From Bacteroidales bacterium (lineage in GTDB: Bacteria; Bacteroidota; Bacteroidia; Bacteroidales; UBA12077), in assembly GCA_050179935.1 (NCBI GenBank), contig JBFXEQ010000010.1:2353-66352 (forward strand): DNA of 64,000 nucleotides, in the 5' to 3' direction. The position numbers and the translations under genes were made by a program. Position 1 is the first letter of the stretch. Each line of letters opens with the position of its first letter. This document shows positions 20,061 through 28,548 of the stretch, in pieces. The notes under the pieces were generated by a model. The model was not told the DNA's origin, made no database searches, and was given only the letters and a program-made list of their open reading frames with translations.

Positions 20061-20759
20061 TTATAGTGTTGTTTCTGTTTCGTGAATATTATTTACAATG
20101 CCCGAAATTTCGGCTCCCACTTTTAGCCCGATAAGGCTGTAAATTATTGGAATAACGCCTGCACTTAAGATGTTTCCTAATGTACCAAGTGGAAGAATTC
20201 TGTTATCAAGAAATCCTGCTGCCAGAATAAGTCCGAGCAATCCGATAATGACATAGGTAAATCCAGAGATTCCTTCAACAAAGTGCATTACTTTTTTCGA
20301 CATTATTTTATATGGATCTGCAAGTGCCATAAGCACAATGGCCGAACCGATTACTGCTCCGCCCTGAAAACCGCCACCAGGAGTTAAATGTCCGTTAATA
20401 AAAATATAAACACCTAAAATAATGGATTCCGGAATTAATATTTTCGAAGCGGTTACAAGTATTTCCGATGATGGATTGTACTGATTTTTAACTGAATTAC
20501 TGGGTGTTTTTTTCAGGATAAATCCAATAATCAATGTAGTTAAAAACAGAACAGTAACTTCACCCAACGTATCGAGACCACGATAGGTAACTACAATGGC
20601 TGTTACAACGTTTGCTGCTCCTACTTCTGCAGCTTCGTTTGTATTGTAGTACGATGCTGTTTTATTCAGTTCGGTTTGGGTTTGATAATTCGCGAAAGTG
20701 GAATATAAAAACCAACCAAATACAGCAACAGCAATGATTATGAAACTATTTCGTAGCAT
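20061..20759 (-). CDS. mnhB: Mrp subunit B (MbxE/F-like)
   Basis: NVVTAIVVTYRGLDTLGEVTV and GHLTPGGGFQGG. Confidence 0.92.
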   Translation of the reverse strand: MLRNSFIIIAVAVFGWFLYSTFANYQTQTELNKTASYYNTNEAAEVGAANVVTAIVVTYRGLDTLGEVTVLFLTTLIIGFILKKTPSNSVKNQYNPSSEILVTASKILIPESIILGVYIFINGHLTPGGGFQGGAVIGSAIVLMALADPYKIMSKKVMHFVEGISGFTYVIIGLLGLILAAGFLDNRILPLGTLGNILSAGVIPIIYSLIGLKVGAEISGIVNNIHETETTL

Positions 20760-21003
20760 GTTGTTTTTCTATTTTACGTAAAATAATAAAAAAGACAAAG
20801 GTGGTTAATCCTGCTCCAATGGCAGCTTCGGTCATGGCAACGTCGGGTGATGCCAGCAAGAGGAAAATAATGGATGCAAACAAACTGATTATTCCTGAAG
20901 CAATAATGGCTAGGGAAATCTTTTTGCTAACCACGGCAAATATTGCGCTTGCTATCATTACCAACGACAGAAAAGCGATTACTGAAATTTTAACTATTTC
21001 CAT
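20746..21003 (-). CDS. Mrp DUF4040/MbhD-like small membrane subunit
   Basis: ASPDVAMTEAAIGAG motif, 3 TM helices. Confidence 0.88.
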   Translation of the reverse strand: MEIVKISVIAFLSLVMIASAIFAVVSKKISLAIIASGIISLFASIIFLLLASPDVAMTEAAIGAGLTTFVFFIILRKIEKQHATK

Positions 21004-21346
21004 TTGATTCTTGATTTTCTTTTTCTTCGTCTTCTTTTAAACGATCGATTACTGTTACAGGAGATAAAGGCTCACCCACTTTGTGTGCTGCTCTCATTAG
21101 CATATTTGAAGAGATTGGATTGGTCATCATCACAAATAATAAAATGGTAAAGAGCTTGCCAAACCATGTAGGTACAATGAATATTAATCCAATCATTATT
21201 AAAGCGATACTTGCCGTTGATGCTTTGGTGCCCACCTGTATTCGGTTGTATGCATCGGGCATTCGGTTTAAACCGATGGCTGCTATCAATAATACCAGAC
21301 TTCCCAGTAAAACCAATGCAGCACCTGTTATTTCGAAGTAATTCAT
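20990..21346 (-). CDS. mnhG: Mrp subunit G
   Basis: GLNRMPDAYNRIQVGTKAST, TNPISS...RAAH. Confidence 0.92.
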   Translation of the reverse strand: MNYFEITGAALVLLGSLVLLIAAIGLNRMPDAYNRIQVGTKASTASIALIMIGLIFIVPTWFGKLFTILLFVMMTNPISSNMLMRAAHKVGEPLSPVTVIDRLKEDEEKENQESNGNS

Positions 21347-21348
21347 AA

Positions 21349-21618
21349 TTATAAGTTTTTTTCAATGTATTTTGCAACAACGACAACAGCAATAAAGCTT
21401 AGTAAAGCATAAATAATATTTACGTCAAGGTACATCTGTCTTTCTTCGAAAACTGCTATTAATGCAATAAGTCCAAGGGAACCAACTGTTAGTACATCGA
21501 AGGAGATTACACGGTTTACGGTGTTTGGTCCGATTAAAAATCGAATAAAAACCAGTGCTAGTGCTAAAAGCATAATTCCGCCTGCAATTAGCAATAATAG
21601 TTGCGTTAGATTATTCAT
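21349..21618 (-). CDS. mnhF: Mrp subunit F
   Basis: RFLIGPNTVNRVISFD, YLDV..IYALLSFI. Confidence 0.9.
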   Translation of the reverse strand: MNNLTQLLLLIAGGIMLLALALVFIRFLIGPNTVNRVISFDVLTVGSLGLIALIAVFEERQMYLDVNIIYALLSFIAVVVVAKYIEKNL

Positions 21619-22111
21619 ATATTTTTAATAATATTTTTTCGAATTTTTCAGAAATGTTCTTCGCAGCCATTTCAGGATCACCATCGCAGCATACTTCTAT
21701 CCAATGAATATACAAGTAGTTCTGCTTAATATCCACAACAAATGTTCCCGGTGTAAGTGTAATAGAGTTGGCTAGTATTAGTCTTGCGATTGGACTTTTC
21801 AAAGAGGTTTCAACACGAACAATTCCCGGTTTAATTGGCAATTTGGGATTTAAAACCCTGAATATTACATCAATATTACTCCTTATGAGCGCTGCAATAA
21901 AGACCAAAATATACCATAATGAATAGATTAAACCCGATGGAGTGAGTTTTACTCCTTTAAAAATATCAATCGAAGGACCAAATAACAGAATGGTAATACT
22001 GATTACAACTGCTCCGATAATTAGTGTTAGTGGGTCGAATGTGTTGTTCCAGAGGACCCAGAACAAACCCAGTATAAGAAAGAGTACGAATCGTGATTTT
22101 ATTTTTTCCAT
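21611..22111 (-). CDS. mnhE: Mrp subunit E
   Basis: SNIDV...PIKPGIV...LANSITLTPGT...LYIHW. Confidence 0.93.
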   Translation of the reverse strand: MEKIKSRFVLFLILGLFWVLWNNTFDPLTLIIGAVVISITILLFGPSIDIFKGVKLTPSGLIYSLWYILVFIAALIRSNIDVIFRVLNPKLPIKPGIVRVETSLKSPIARLILANSITLTPGTFVVDIKQNYLYIHWIEVCCDGDPEMAAKNISEKFEKILLKIYE

Positions 22112-22149
22112 GGATTAGTTTTTTATCGATTCAAGTTATGTAAATATTT

Positions 22150-22731
22150 TTATTTTTTAATACATATTAAATTTAAAAGTTGGTCACAAATAGTTGATAT
22201 TTCAATTTTTGCAGGATTTAAGATAAAATCAATATTTATAGCAACAGGAATACCCATATATATAAAAGAGAATGTTTTGGGATTCGTTTCTTTTTTAAAA
22301 ATTTCTTCTTTAATACCATCGAGTATTATTTTTTCAATTATTTTTCGTTGTTCAAGATATATTCCATTTAACTTACTTTTCATATCAATATCGTTATTCA
22401 CGGCTGCTTCTGACAACATTAATATGTTTATTCCTTTATTTTCAATATTAAAGGATATTGAACGACAAATCAATTTCTGCAATTTTTGGTCCGATGGTAT
22501 AGATTCATCCAATATCTCTTTTAAAGCACCAAGTAGCTGGGTTTCTACATCCTGAATGATATCGAGAAAGATTTCTTTTTTTGAGGGATAATGACGAAAG
22601 ATGGCTGCTTCGGTTATTCCGATTTCTTCGGCAACTCGTTTTGTAGTGCATTTTTTAAGGCCATCGTTATAGACGATACGCAATACAGCTTCTTTTATTT
22701 GTTCTTTGCGTATTTCGGTTTTTTGCTTCAT
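22150..22731 (-). CDS. TetR/AcrR family transcriptional regulator heading the Mrp-Mbx operon
   Basis: N-terminal HTH GLKKCTTKRVAEEIGITEAAIFRHYPSKKE; 38 bp upstream of mnhE on the same strand. Confidence 0.92.
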   Translation of the reverse strand: MKQKTEIRKEQIKEAVLRIVYNDGLKKCTTKRVAEEIGITEAAIFRHYPSKKEIFLDIIQDVETQLLGALKEILDESIPSDQKLQKLICRSISFNIENKGINILMLSEAAVNNDIDMKSKLNGIYLEQRKIIEKIILDGIKEEIFKKETNPKTFSFIYMGIPVAINIDFILNPAKIEISTICDQLLNLICIKK

Positions 22732-22735
22732 GTAA

Positions 22736-22781
22736 GTAAGTAATCACTTACAAAAGTATTTTCTTTTTATTTTTCCACAAA
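22736..22781 (-). promoter_or_regulatory. Promoter of the TetR-Mbx operon with an overlapping palindromic operator
   Basis: Minus strand TTTG (22778-81)-N19-TACTTTTG (22751-58); inverted repeat GTAAGT-AATC-ACTTAC (22736-51) between the -7 element and the ATG. Confidence 0.7.
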
Positions 22782-22912
22782 ATTTATGGCCTTTATTTTT
22801 TTAGGTTTTAAAACATATATTGCAGAAAGCTTGATTTTATGATACTTTTAGGACAAAATGATTAAATGTATTTCTGAGATAAACGACATTATATGTAAAT
22901 AGATATAGAAAT

Positions 22913-22960
22913 AAAAAAACCTGTTTTTATCATTTTTATAAAGCAATGGTAGAAACAGGT
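22913..22960 (-). terminator. Possible terminator after the Crp/Fnr gene
   Basis: ACCTGTTT...AAACAGGT imperfect stem followed on the minus strand by a T7 tract. Confidence 0.45.
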
Positions 22961-22985
22961 ATTATTTTTTGGGTAAGCTTAAATG

Positions 22986-23681
22986 CTATCCGTATTCACT
23001 TATTTTTCGAAGCAAATCATAATTGGCAATAATTACAGATTTCCCGGTCATTTTAATAATACCGTCATCTTTAAATTTCTTAAGCATTCGAATAACACTC
23101 TCTGTTGACATTCCAGTTAATTCAGCTAATTCTTTTCTTGAAAGATTCATTTCAAAATCACGATTTTTAAAAATTCGTTCTGATAAACACAAAATTATAT
23201 CTGCCATTCTTCCGTAAAGTTGTTTATGGGTTAAACAGAAGAAACGACCATAAGTCTGAAGCGAATTTTCACATAAAATATTTATTATGGAATTTGCAAA
23301 CACCACATTTTGTTTTAATACTTGTCTAAAAATATGGATATCAATTAAGCTGGCATTCGAATCAATATATGCCATTGCTGAATAATGAAACACATTGTTC
23401 CCTTCAAATATTGATGATAATCCAATAATATTGCCTGAAGTGATAATTTTTAAAATTAATGAATCATTCAAGCCTTCAAGATAAACTTTTGCTAAGCCCT
23501 GATTTAAAATAATAACATGTGGAGCAAAAGTTCCATGTTTACATATTACTTCGCCTTTTTTATAACGAACATCGATTGAGTTCTTATTAATTAATGCTAA
23601 TTCTTCAGGTGTAAGCATATCAAAGCAAATACACTTTGAATTACTTACAGTACAACTATTTAAGGCAGAAAAGTTTTCCAT
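22986..23681 (-). CDS. Crp/Fnr family transcriptional regulator
   Basis: cNMP-binding-like YKKGEVI...GLAKVY; C-terminal HTH LSRKELAELTGMSTESVIRMLKKF; N-terminal Cys cluster SCTVSNSKCIC. Confidence 0.93.
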   Translation of the reverse strand: MENFSALNSCTVSNSKCICFDMLTPEELALINKNSIDVRYKKGEVICKHGTFAPHVIILNQGLAKVYLEGLNDSLILKIITSGNIIGLSSIFEGNNVFHYSAMAYIDSNASLIDIHIFRQVLKQNVVFANSIINILCENSLQTYGRFFCLTHKQLYGRMADIILCLSERIFKNRDFEMNLSRKELAELTGMSTESVIRMLKKFKDDGIIKMTGKSVIIANYDLLRKISEYG

Positions 23682-23740
23682 AAAGAATATAATAAGATCA
23701 TCTAAAATTAAAAAATATTATAACGAATCAGAAAAAAAAA

Positions 23741-23752
23741 TGATCTAAATCA
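23741..23752. promoter_or_regulatory. Crp/Fnr-type box in the divergent crp/dsrE intergenic region
   Basis: TGAT-CTAA-ATCA. Confidence 0.6.
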
Positions 23753-23907
23753 GTTCTTGTCCAATTCAATCTCATAATTTATAGCGAAAGTATATCATCC
23801 TAATTTTCTTATTCTATGTTAATTAAATAACAATCTTTACAATGATGAAAAGCCATATTATAGGATTTTCATCAGAAAATAAGTATTTAACACTAAAACC
23901 AATAATT

Positions 23908-24336
23908 ATGGGGAAAAATAAAAAAATGACAATGGCTCTTTATTCTGGGAGTATTGACAAACTTACAGCTGCAGGAGTAATTTTAAGTGGCGCTGCTGCT
24001 GATGACATGGATGTTGATATTTTTGTCCTCTTACAAGCTGCAAGAGCATTTAAAAAAGAGATAGCCACTAATACAGATAAGCTCTTTATGGCCGAAAACA
24101 GTGAATTACGAACAGAATTTTTAGATTCTTTAAAACGTTTAAATGTAAAAGAATGGCATGAATTTTTTAAAGAAGCCAAAGAAATAACAAATGTAAAAAT
24201 TCATATTTGCGGATTGGCCGGTAAAATATGGGGCGGAGAAAAACTAGACGATTTCATCGATTTAGCAGATGATATTTGTGGTATTAGCGAATACATTACA
24301 TCTGCACAAGAAGCTGATGTGAATTTATTTATTTAA
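23908..24336 (+). CDS. DsrE/DsrF/DrsH-like (DsrE2) sulfur-carrier family protein
   Basis: LYSGSIDKL..AGVILSGAAA...VDIF, KIHICG (conserved Cys), GISEYI...ADVNLFI. Start placed at ATG 23908 rather than the ORF-track 23842. Confidence 0.8.
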   Translation: MGKNKKMTMALYSGSIDKLTAAGVILSGAAADDMDVDIFVLLQAARAFKKEIATNTDKLFMAENSELRTEFLDSLKRLNVKEWHEFFKEAKEITNVKIHICGLAGKIWGGEKLDDFIDLADDICGISEYITSAQEADVNLFI

Positions 24337-24362
24337 TTAACTTAAAAATAGGAGAAAAGATA

Positions 24363-24614
24363 ATGACAACAGAAGAATTAAAAGCATTAAAGATTGACAA
24401 ATCAGTTGATGCACGTGGAACAGCATGTCCGGGACCACTTTTAGCAGCAAAAAAAGCTATTGGCGAGATTAAATCAGGACAAGTTATGGAGGTATTATCA
24501 GCAGATGAAGGTACAAAAAATGATATTCCAAAATGGGCTGCTAAACAAGGACACGATTATCTTGGGACAATCGAAGAATCGGGATTCTTTAAAATTTACA
24601 TGAAGAAAAACTAA
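24363..24614 (+). CDS. tusA: Sulfurtransferase TusA family protein
   Basis: VDARGTACPGPLL (CPxP persulfide Cys), GQVMEVLSAD...DIPKW. Confidence 0.9.
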   Translation: MTTEELKALKIDKSVDARGTACPGPLLAAKKAIGEIKSGQVMEVLSADEGTKNDIPKWAAKQGHDYLGTIEESGFFKIYMKKN

Positions 24615-24619
24615 GAACC

Positions 24620-25021
24620 ATGGAAAACACAGATAATCCAAAGATTCTGGTTTTTTCAACGGAGAAGATTTCGGACCCCGCAATTGATATGGCGGGGCTC
24701 CTTAAAAAACATTACCCTGCAACAGTTTATACTGTGAATGTACCATGCTCAAGTGGTATAAAACCCAAATGGATTTTATATGCTTTTGAGAAAGGGTTTG
24801 CCGGAGTTTTTATTGCTGCTGATGGAACCGATTGCGCATACAGCGAAACATGTTCTGAAAAAACATCAGAAATAGTAAAACAAACTCACGAACTAATGAA
24901 AGCACGCAATATGGATCCTGCACGCCTTAAAATGGCTGCTATATGTTCTGTTTGCGCCGAGTCTTTTGTTAAACACGTGTCAACTTTCCATGCTTATCTT
25001 TCAGGTAAACAGGAAAATTAA
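24620..25021 (+). CDS. MvhD/FlpD-like iron-sulfur subunit (atypical Cys pattern)
   Basis: PKILVF...AIDMAG...YP...VPCS...ILYAFEKGFAGVFI...DCAY...DPARL, the MvhD layout. Confidence 0.8.
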   Translation: MENTDNPKILVFSTEKISDPAIDMAGLLKKHYPATVYTVNVPCSSGIKPKWILYAFEKGFAGVFIAADGTDCAYSETCSEKTSEIVKQTHELMKARNMDPARLKMAAICSVCAESFVKHVSTFHAYLSGKQEN

Positions 25022-25038
25022 TTTTAAACTGACTTAAC

Positions 25039-26328
25039 ATGATAAAATCAGAAGAATATGATGTGCTTGTAATTGGTGGAGGAATAGCAGGAGCTGAAGC
25101 ATCAATAAATCTGGCAAATCAGGGATATAAAATACTGATTGTCGAAAAGGATTTATCAGTTGGAGGGAAAATGATTCATTTAAGTAAAGTTTTTCCTACA
25201 CTTGATTGCTCAGCTTGTATAACTACTCCTAAAATTTCACAAACTGCCCGTCACCCGAATATTACCATTTATACGAATAGCCAGGTAAATGATATTGAAA
25301 AGAAATCTGAGCATAATTTTCAGGCAATTGTTACAAAATATCCAAGGTATGTTAAAGAAGAAGATTGCACCGGATGTCAGATATGCGAGGAGAAATGCCC
25401 GGTAGTTGTTAACGACCAGTATCAATATGATTTAGTTGGACGTAAAGCAGTTTATGTACCATTTAGTATTGCCAACCCACGAGTTGCAGCTATAGATATT
25501 GAAAACTGTAGCTTGTGTGGTGCCTGCGAGAAAGCTTGCCCATCAGAAGCTATTGATTTTAGTCAGGAAAAAATAGAAATTCAAATAAATGTTAAATCGG
25601 TTGTTATTGCCACAGGATTTAGACTTTTTGATCCACTATTGATTCCCCGATATGGATTTGGGAAATATAAAAATGTTATAACAGCAATGCAGATGGAACG
25701 ACAATTAGTTCCAACAAGACCATTTAATCATGTTTTAAGACCCAAAGATGGTAAAATGCCCGATAAAATAGCCTATGTTTTATGTGCTGGCTCACGTGAC
25801 GAAACAGTGGGTAATCCAATTTGTTCTCAGGTATGCTGCATGTATTCAGTAAAACAAGCTCAATTACTCATGGGAGCATTACCATTAGCAGATATAACTA
25901 TTTATTATTTACACATTCGATCATTTGGTAAAGGATTTAACGAATTTTATCAGCAAGCTAAAGATATGGGGGTAAATTTTGTAAAAGGGAAAGTTGGTAA
26001 AATATCTGAAATCGACAATGGGAACTTGCTTTTACGATACGAAGATATCCAAGAAGGTGTTGTAAAAGAAGCCAAACATGATTTAGTCGTTTTATCGGTA
26101 GGTATTCTTGCAAATCAAGGAATCTCAACCATGTTCAAAGACAACCTTGAACTTGACCCGTTTAACTATATAAAACAATCTGATGAATTAGCAAATCCTG
26201 CAAAAACAACCATAAGGGGTGTCTATGTTGCAGGAACAGCATCTGGCCCAATGGATATACCTGATTCCATTTTATCAGCAGGAGCTGCTTCAGCAGAAAT
26301 TGCAGGTTATTTAAGACTAAGAAGATAA
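25039..26328 (+). CDS. hdrA: HdrA-like FAD/Fe-S protein (short; QmoA-sized)
   Basis: GGGIAG, KVFPTLDCSAC, inserted 2x[4Fe-4S], CAGSRD...CSQVCCMY, GPMDIPDS. Confidence 0.88.
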   Translation: MIKSEEYDVLVIGGGIAGAEASINLANQGYKILIVEKDLSVGGKMIHLSKVFPTLDCSACITTPKISQTARHPNITIYTNSQVNDIEKKSEHNFQAIVTKYPRYVKEEDCTGCQICEEKCPVVVNDQYQYDLVGRKAVYVPFSIANPRVAAIDIENCSLCGACEKACPSEAIDFSQEKIEIQINVKSVVIATGFRLFDPLLIPRYGFGKYKNVITAMQMERQLVPTRPFNHVLRPKDGKMPDKIAYVLCAGSRDETVGNPICSQVCCMYSVKQAQLLMGALPLADITIYYLHIRSFGKGFNEFYQQAKDMGVNFVKGKVGKISEIDNGNLLLRYEDIQEGVVKEAKHDLVVLSVGILANQGISTMFKDNLELDPFNYIKQSDELANPAKTTIRGVYVAGTASGPMDIPDSILSAGAASAEIAGYLRLRR

Positions 26329-26330
26329 TT

Positions 26331-28265
26331 ATGAAAAATAAAATTGGAGTATATATTTGTCAATGTGGTTCAAACATTTCAGATTATGTAGATGTTGAAA
26401 AAGTAAAAGAAGCTGCATTAAAAGTAAATGGCGTTCATTTGGCTAAAACAACCATGTTTGCATGTGCCGATTCAACCCAACAAGAAATCGCAAACGACAT
26501 TAAAGAACAAAAGCTCGATGCTATTGTTGTAGCATCATGCTCTCCCAAATTACATTTGTTTACTTTTCGAAATGTAGCTATACAGGGGGGATTAAATCCC
26601 TACAATTATGTTCAGGTAAATATTCGTGAACAGTGTTCGTGGGCACACTCCAACAATAAACCTAAAGCAACCGAAAAAGCAATTCAGTTGGTTTTAGGTG
26701 GTATAGCAAGAGTAAAACATTCGAAAGAACTCGAAATGGTAAAAATACACTCAGAGAATGCCGTAGCTGTAGTTGGAGCTGGTGTGGCAGGAATGAGAGC
26801 TGCACTCGAACTAGCCGAAATGGGTTCAATAGTTCATTTAATAGAACGTGAATATTTTGTAGGAGGAAGAACTTCGCAGTGGAATATTTTATATACTACA
26901 AATGAAACAGGTCAGCAGGTTATATCAAGATTATATAATCAGATTATTGTTCATCCAAAAATTACTTTATATACAGCTACCAATATTATTTCGAAAAAAG
27001 GAAGCGTAGGTGATTTTACCTTAACACTAAAAACAAAACCAAGATACATAAAACCAGAATGTAAGCTTGATCTTAAAAAATTTCAGATTGCAATTGATAA
27101 ATGTCCAATCGAAGTAAATGATGAGTTCAATTTTGGCATAACAAAACGAAAAGCCATATTTAAAAACTTCGATAGCGAATTTCCCGAAATACCTGCTATT
27201 GATTACGATGCGTGTAATAAATGTGGCGAATGTGCAAAGCTTTGCGATGATATTGATCTTAATCAGCAACCACACGAAACAACAATAAATGTGGGAGCGG
27301 TATTATTAAGTACCGGATTTAATCCTTATGAACCATATGTTGGAGAATTCGGTTATGGCGAAGTAGATAATGTTATTACTTTACAGCAATTTAAGCGATT
27401 AATTGAGCTTAGCCCCGAAAAATTAATTTTTAAAGGGAAAGAAATTAAAAATATTGCTTATATCTATTGTGTAGGTAGTAGACAGGTTGATGGTGATAAT
27501 AAGTATTGTTCGCGCTATTGCTGTACATCGGTTATACACACAGCAATACTGGTAAAAAACAAATATAAGGGAATCCAGAATTTCCATTTCAATCGTGGGA
27601 TAAGAACTTATGGGAAACAGGAAAAATTGTACCATGAAGCATCTGAACAGGGAGATATATTCCTTCAATCATTTGAAGATGCACCAACACAGGTTGAGAA
27701 AGTTGGAAGCGAAACCATTGTTAAAATAAAAGATATATTAACTGCAAACGAAGAACTCGAAATGAGTGCCGACTTGGTAGTTCTAGTAACCGGTATGGTT
27801 CCTCGTGAAAATGCAGATATTGTTAACCTTCTTAAAGTTCCAATTAGTCGCGATAAATTCTTTAACGAAATACATCCTAAGTTACGCCCGGTAGAAACAG
27901 TTATTGATGGAGTATTGATTTCAGGAGCTTGTCAGGCACCACTCAATATAACCGAATCTGTAAAATCAGCTTTGGCAGCAGCATCAAAAGCGAACTCATT
28001 AATTAGCAAAGGCGAAATAGAACTTGAGCCAACCATGGCAATGGTTTATAACGATAAATGTACCTGGTGTGGCAAATGCTCAGAAGCTTGTCCGTATGAT
28101 GCAATATCTATAAAAGAGTATAATGGCAAACAAATAGCCCAAATAACTGAAGCTTTATGCAAAGGTTGCGGAATGTGTTTGCCGGTTTGCCCTGAAAATG
28201 CTCTTGATCTTATCGGTTATACCGACAAAGAAATGGAATGTATGATTGAAGCTTTAATAAGCTAA
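26331..28265 (+). CDS. hdrA: HdrA-like FAD/Fe-S protein (full-length; QmoB-like but without fused MvhD)
   Basis: IGVYICQCG...ASCSP...NIREQCSW, GAGVAG, CVGSR...CSRYCC, C-terminal CTWCGKCSEACP and CKGCGMCLPVCP. Confidence 0.9.
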   Translation: MKNKIGVYICQCGSNISDYVDVEKVKEAALKVNGVHLAKTTMFACADSTQQEIANDIKEQKLDAIVVASCSPKLHLFTFRNVAIQGGLNPYNYVQVNIREQCSWAHSNNKPKATEKAIQLVLGGIARVKHSKELEMVKIHSENAVAVVGAGVAGMRAALELAEMGSIVHLIEREYFVGGRTSQWNILYTTNETGQQVISRLYNQIIVHPKITLYTATNIISKKGSVGDFTLTLKTKPRYIKPECKLDLKKFQIAIDKCPIEVNDEFNFGITKRKAIFKNFDSEFPEIPAIDYDACNKCGECAKLCDDIDLNQQPHETTINVGAVLLSTGFNPYEPYVGEFGYGEVDNVITLQQFKRLIELSPEKLIFKGKEIKNIAYIYCVGSRQVDGDNKYCSRYCCTSVIHTAILVKNKYKGIQNFHFNRGIRTYGKQEKLYHEASEQGDIFLQSFEDAPTQVEKVGSETIVKIKDILTANEELEMSADLVVLVTGMVPRENADIVNLLKVPISRDKFFNEIHPKLRPVETVIDGVLISGACQAPLNITESVKSALAAASKANSLISKGEIELEPTMAMVYNDKCTWCGKCSEACPYDAISIKEYNGKQIAQITEALCKGCGMCLPVCPENALDLIGYTDKEMECMIEALIS

Positions 28266-28276
28266 AAACAAATATT

Positions 28277-28543
28277 ATGGGAAAAACAATTGATATAATT
28301 AAGCAAAAAAGAAAAGTTTCCGAATCGGTAAAGCAGAATATTAAAGACTTTAATGCGATGAAAAAGAAAATTCTAGCTGCGATGGAAATTGAGCATAAAT
28401 CTATCCCTCAAATAGCTGAAGAACTTCAACTTCCGTTAGATGTAATAACTTTTCATTTAATGACACTGCAGAAATTTGGATTTATTGAAGTAAGCAAATT
28501 AGATGATAAGGATGAATACTATTTTTATAAACTGAAAAAGTAA
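28277..28543 (+). CDS. Small winged-helix (ArsR-like) protein
   Basis: KKKILAAM...KSIPQIAEELQLP...VITFHLMTLQKFGFIE. Confidence 0.75.
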   Translation: MGKTIDIIKQKRKVSESVKQNIKDFNAMKKKILAAMEIEHKSIPQIAEELQLPLDVITFHLMTLQKFGFIEVSKLDDKDEYYFYKLKK

Positions 28544-28548
28544 GAACC

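Noticed and set aside
13247-22111. Annotation as a group 4 [NiFe]-hydrogenase or as canonical complex I (nuo)
   Set aside because: No Ni-binding CxxC pairs, no hyp maturation genes and no NuoA/E/F/G in the window; gene order matches Mrp-Mbx.
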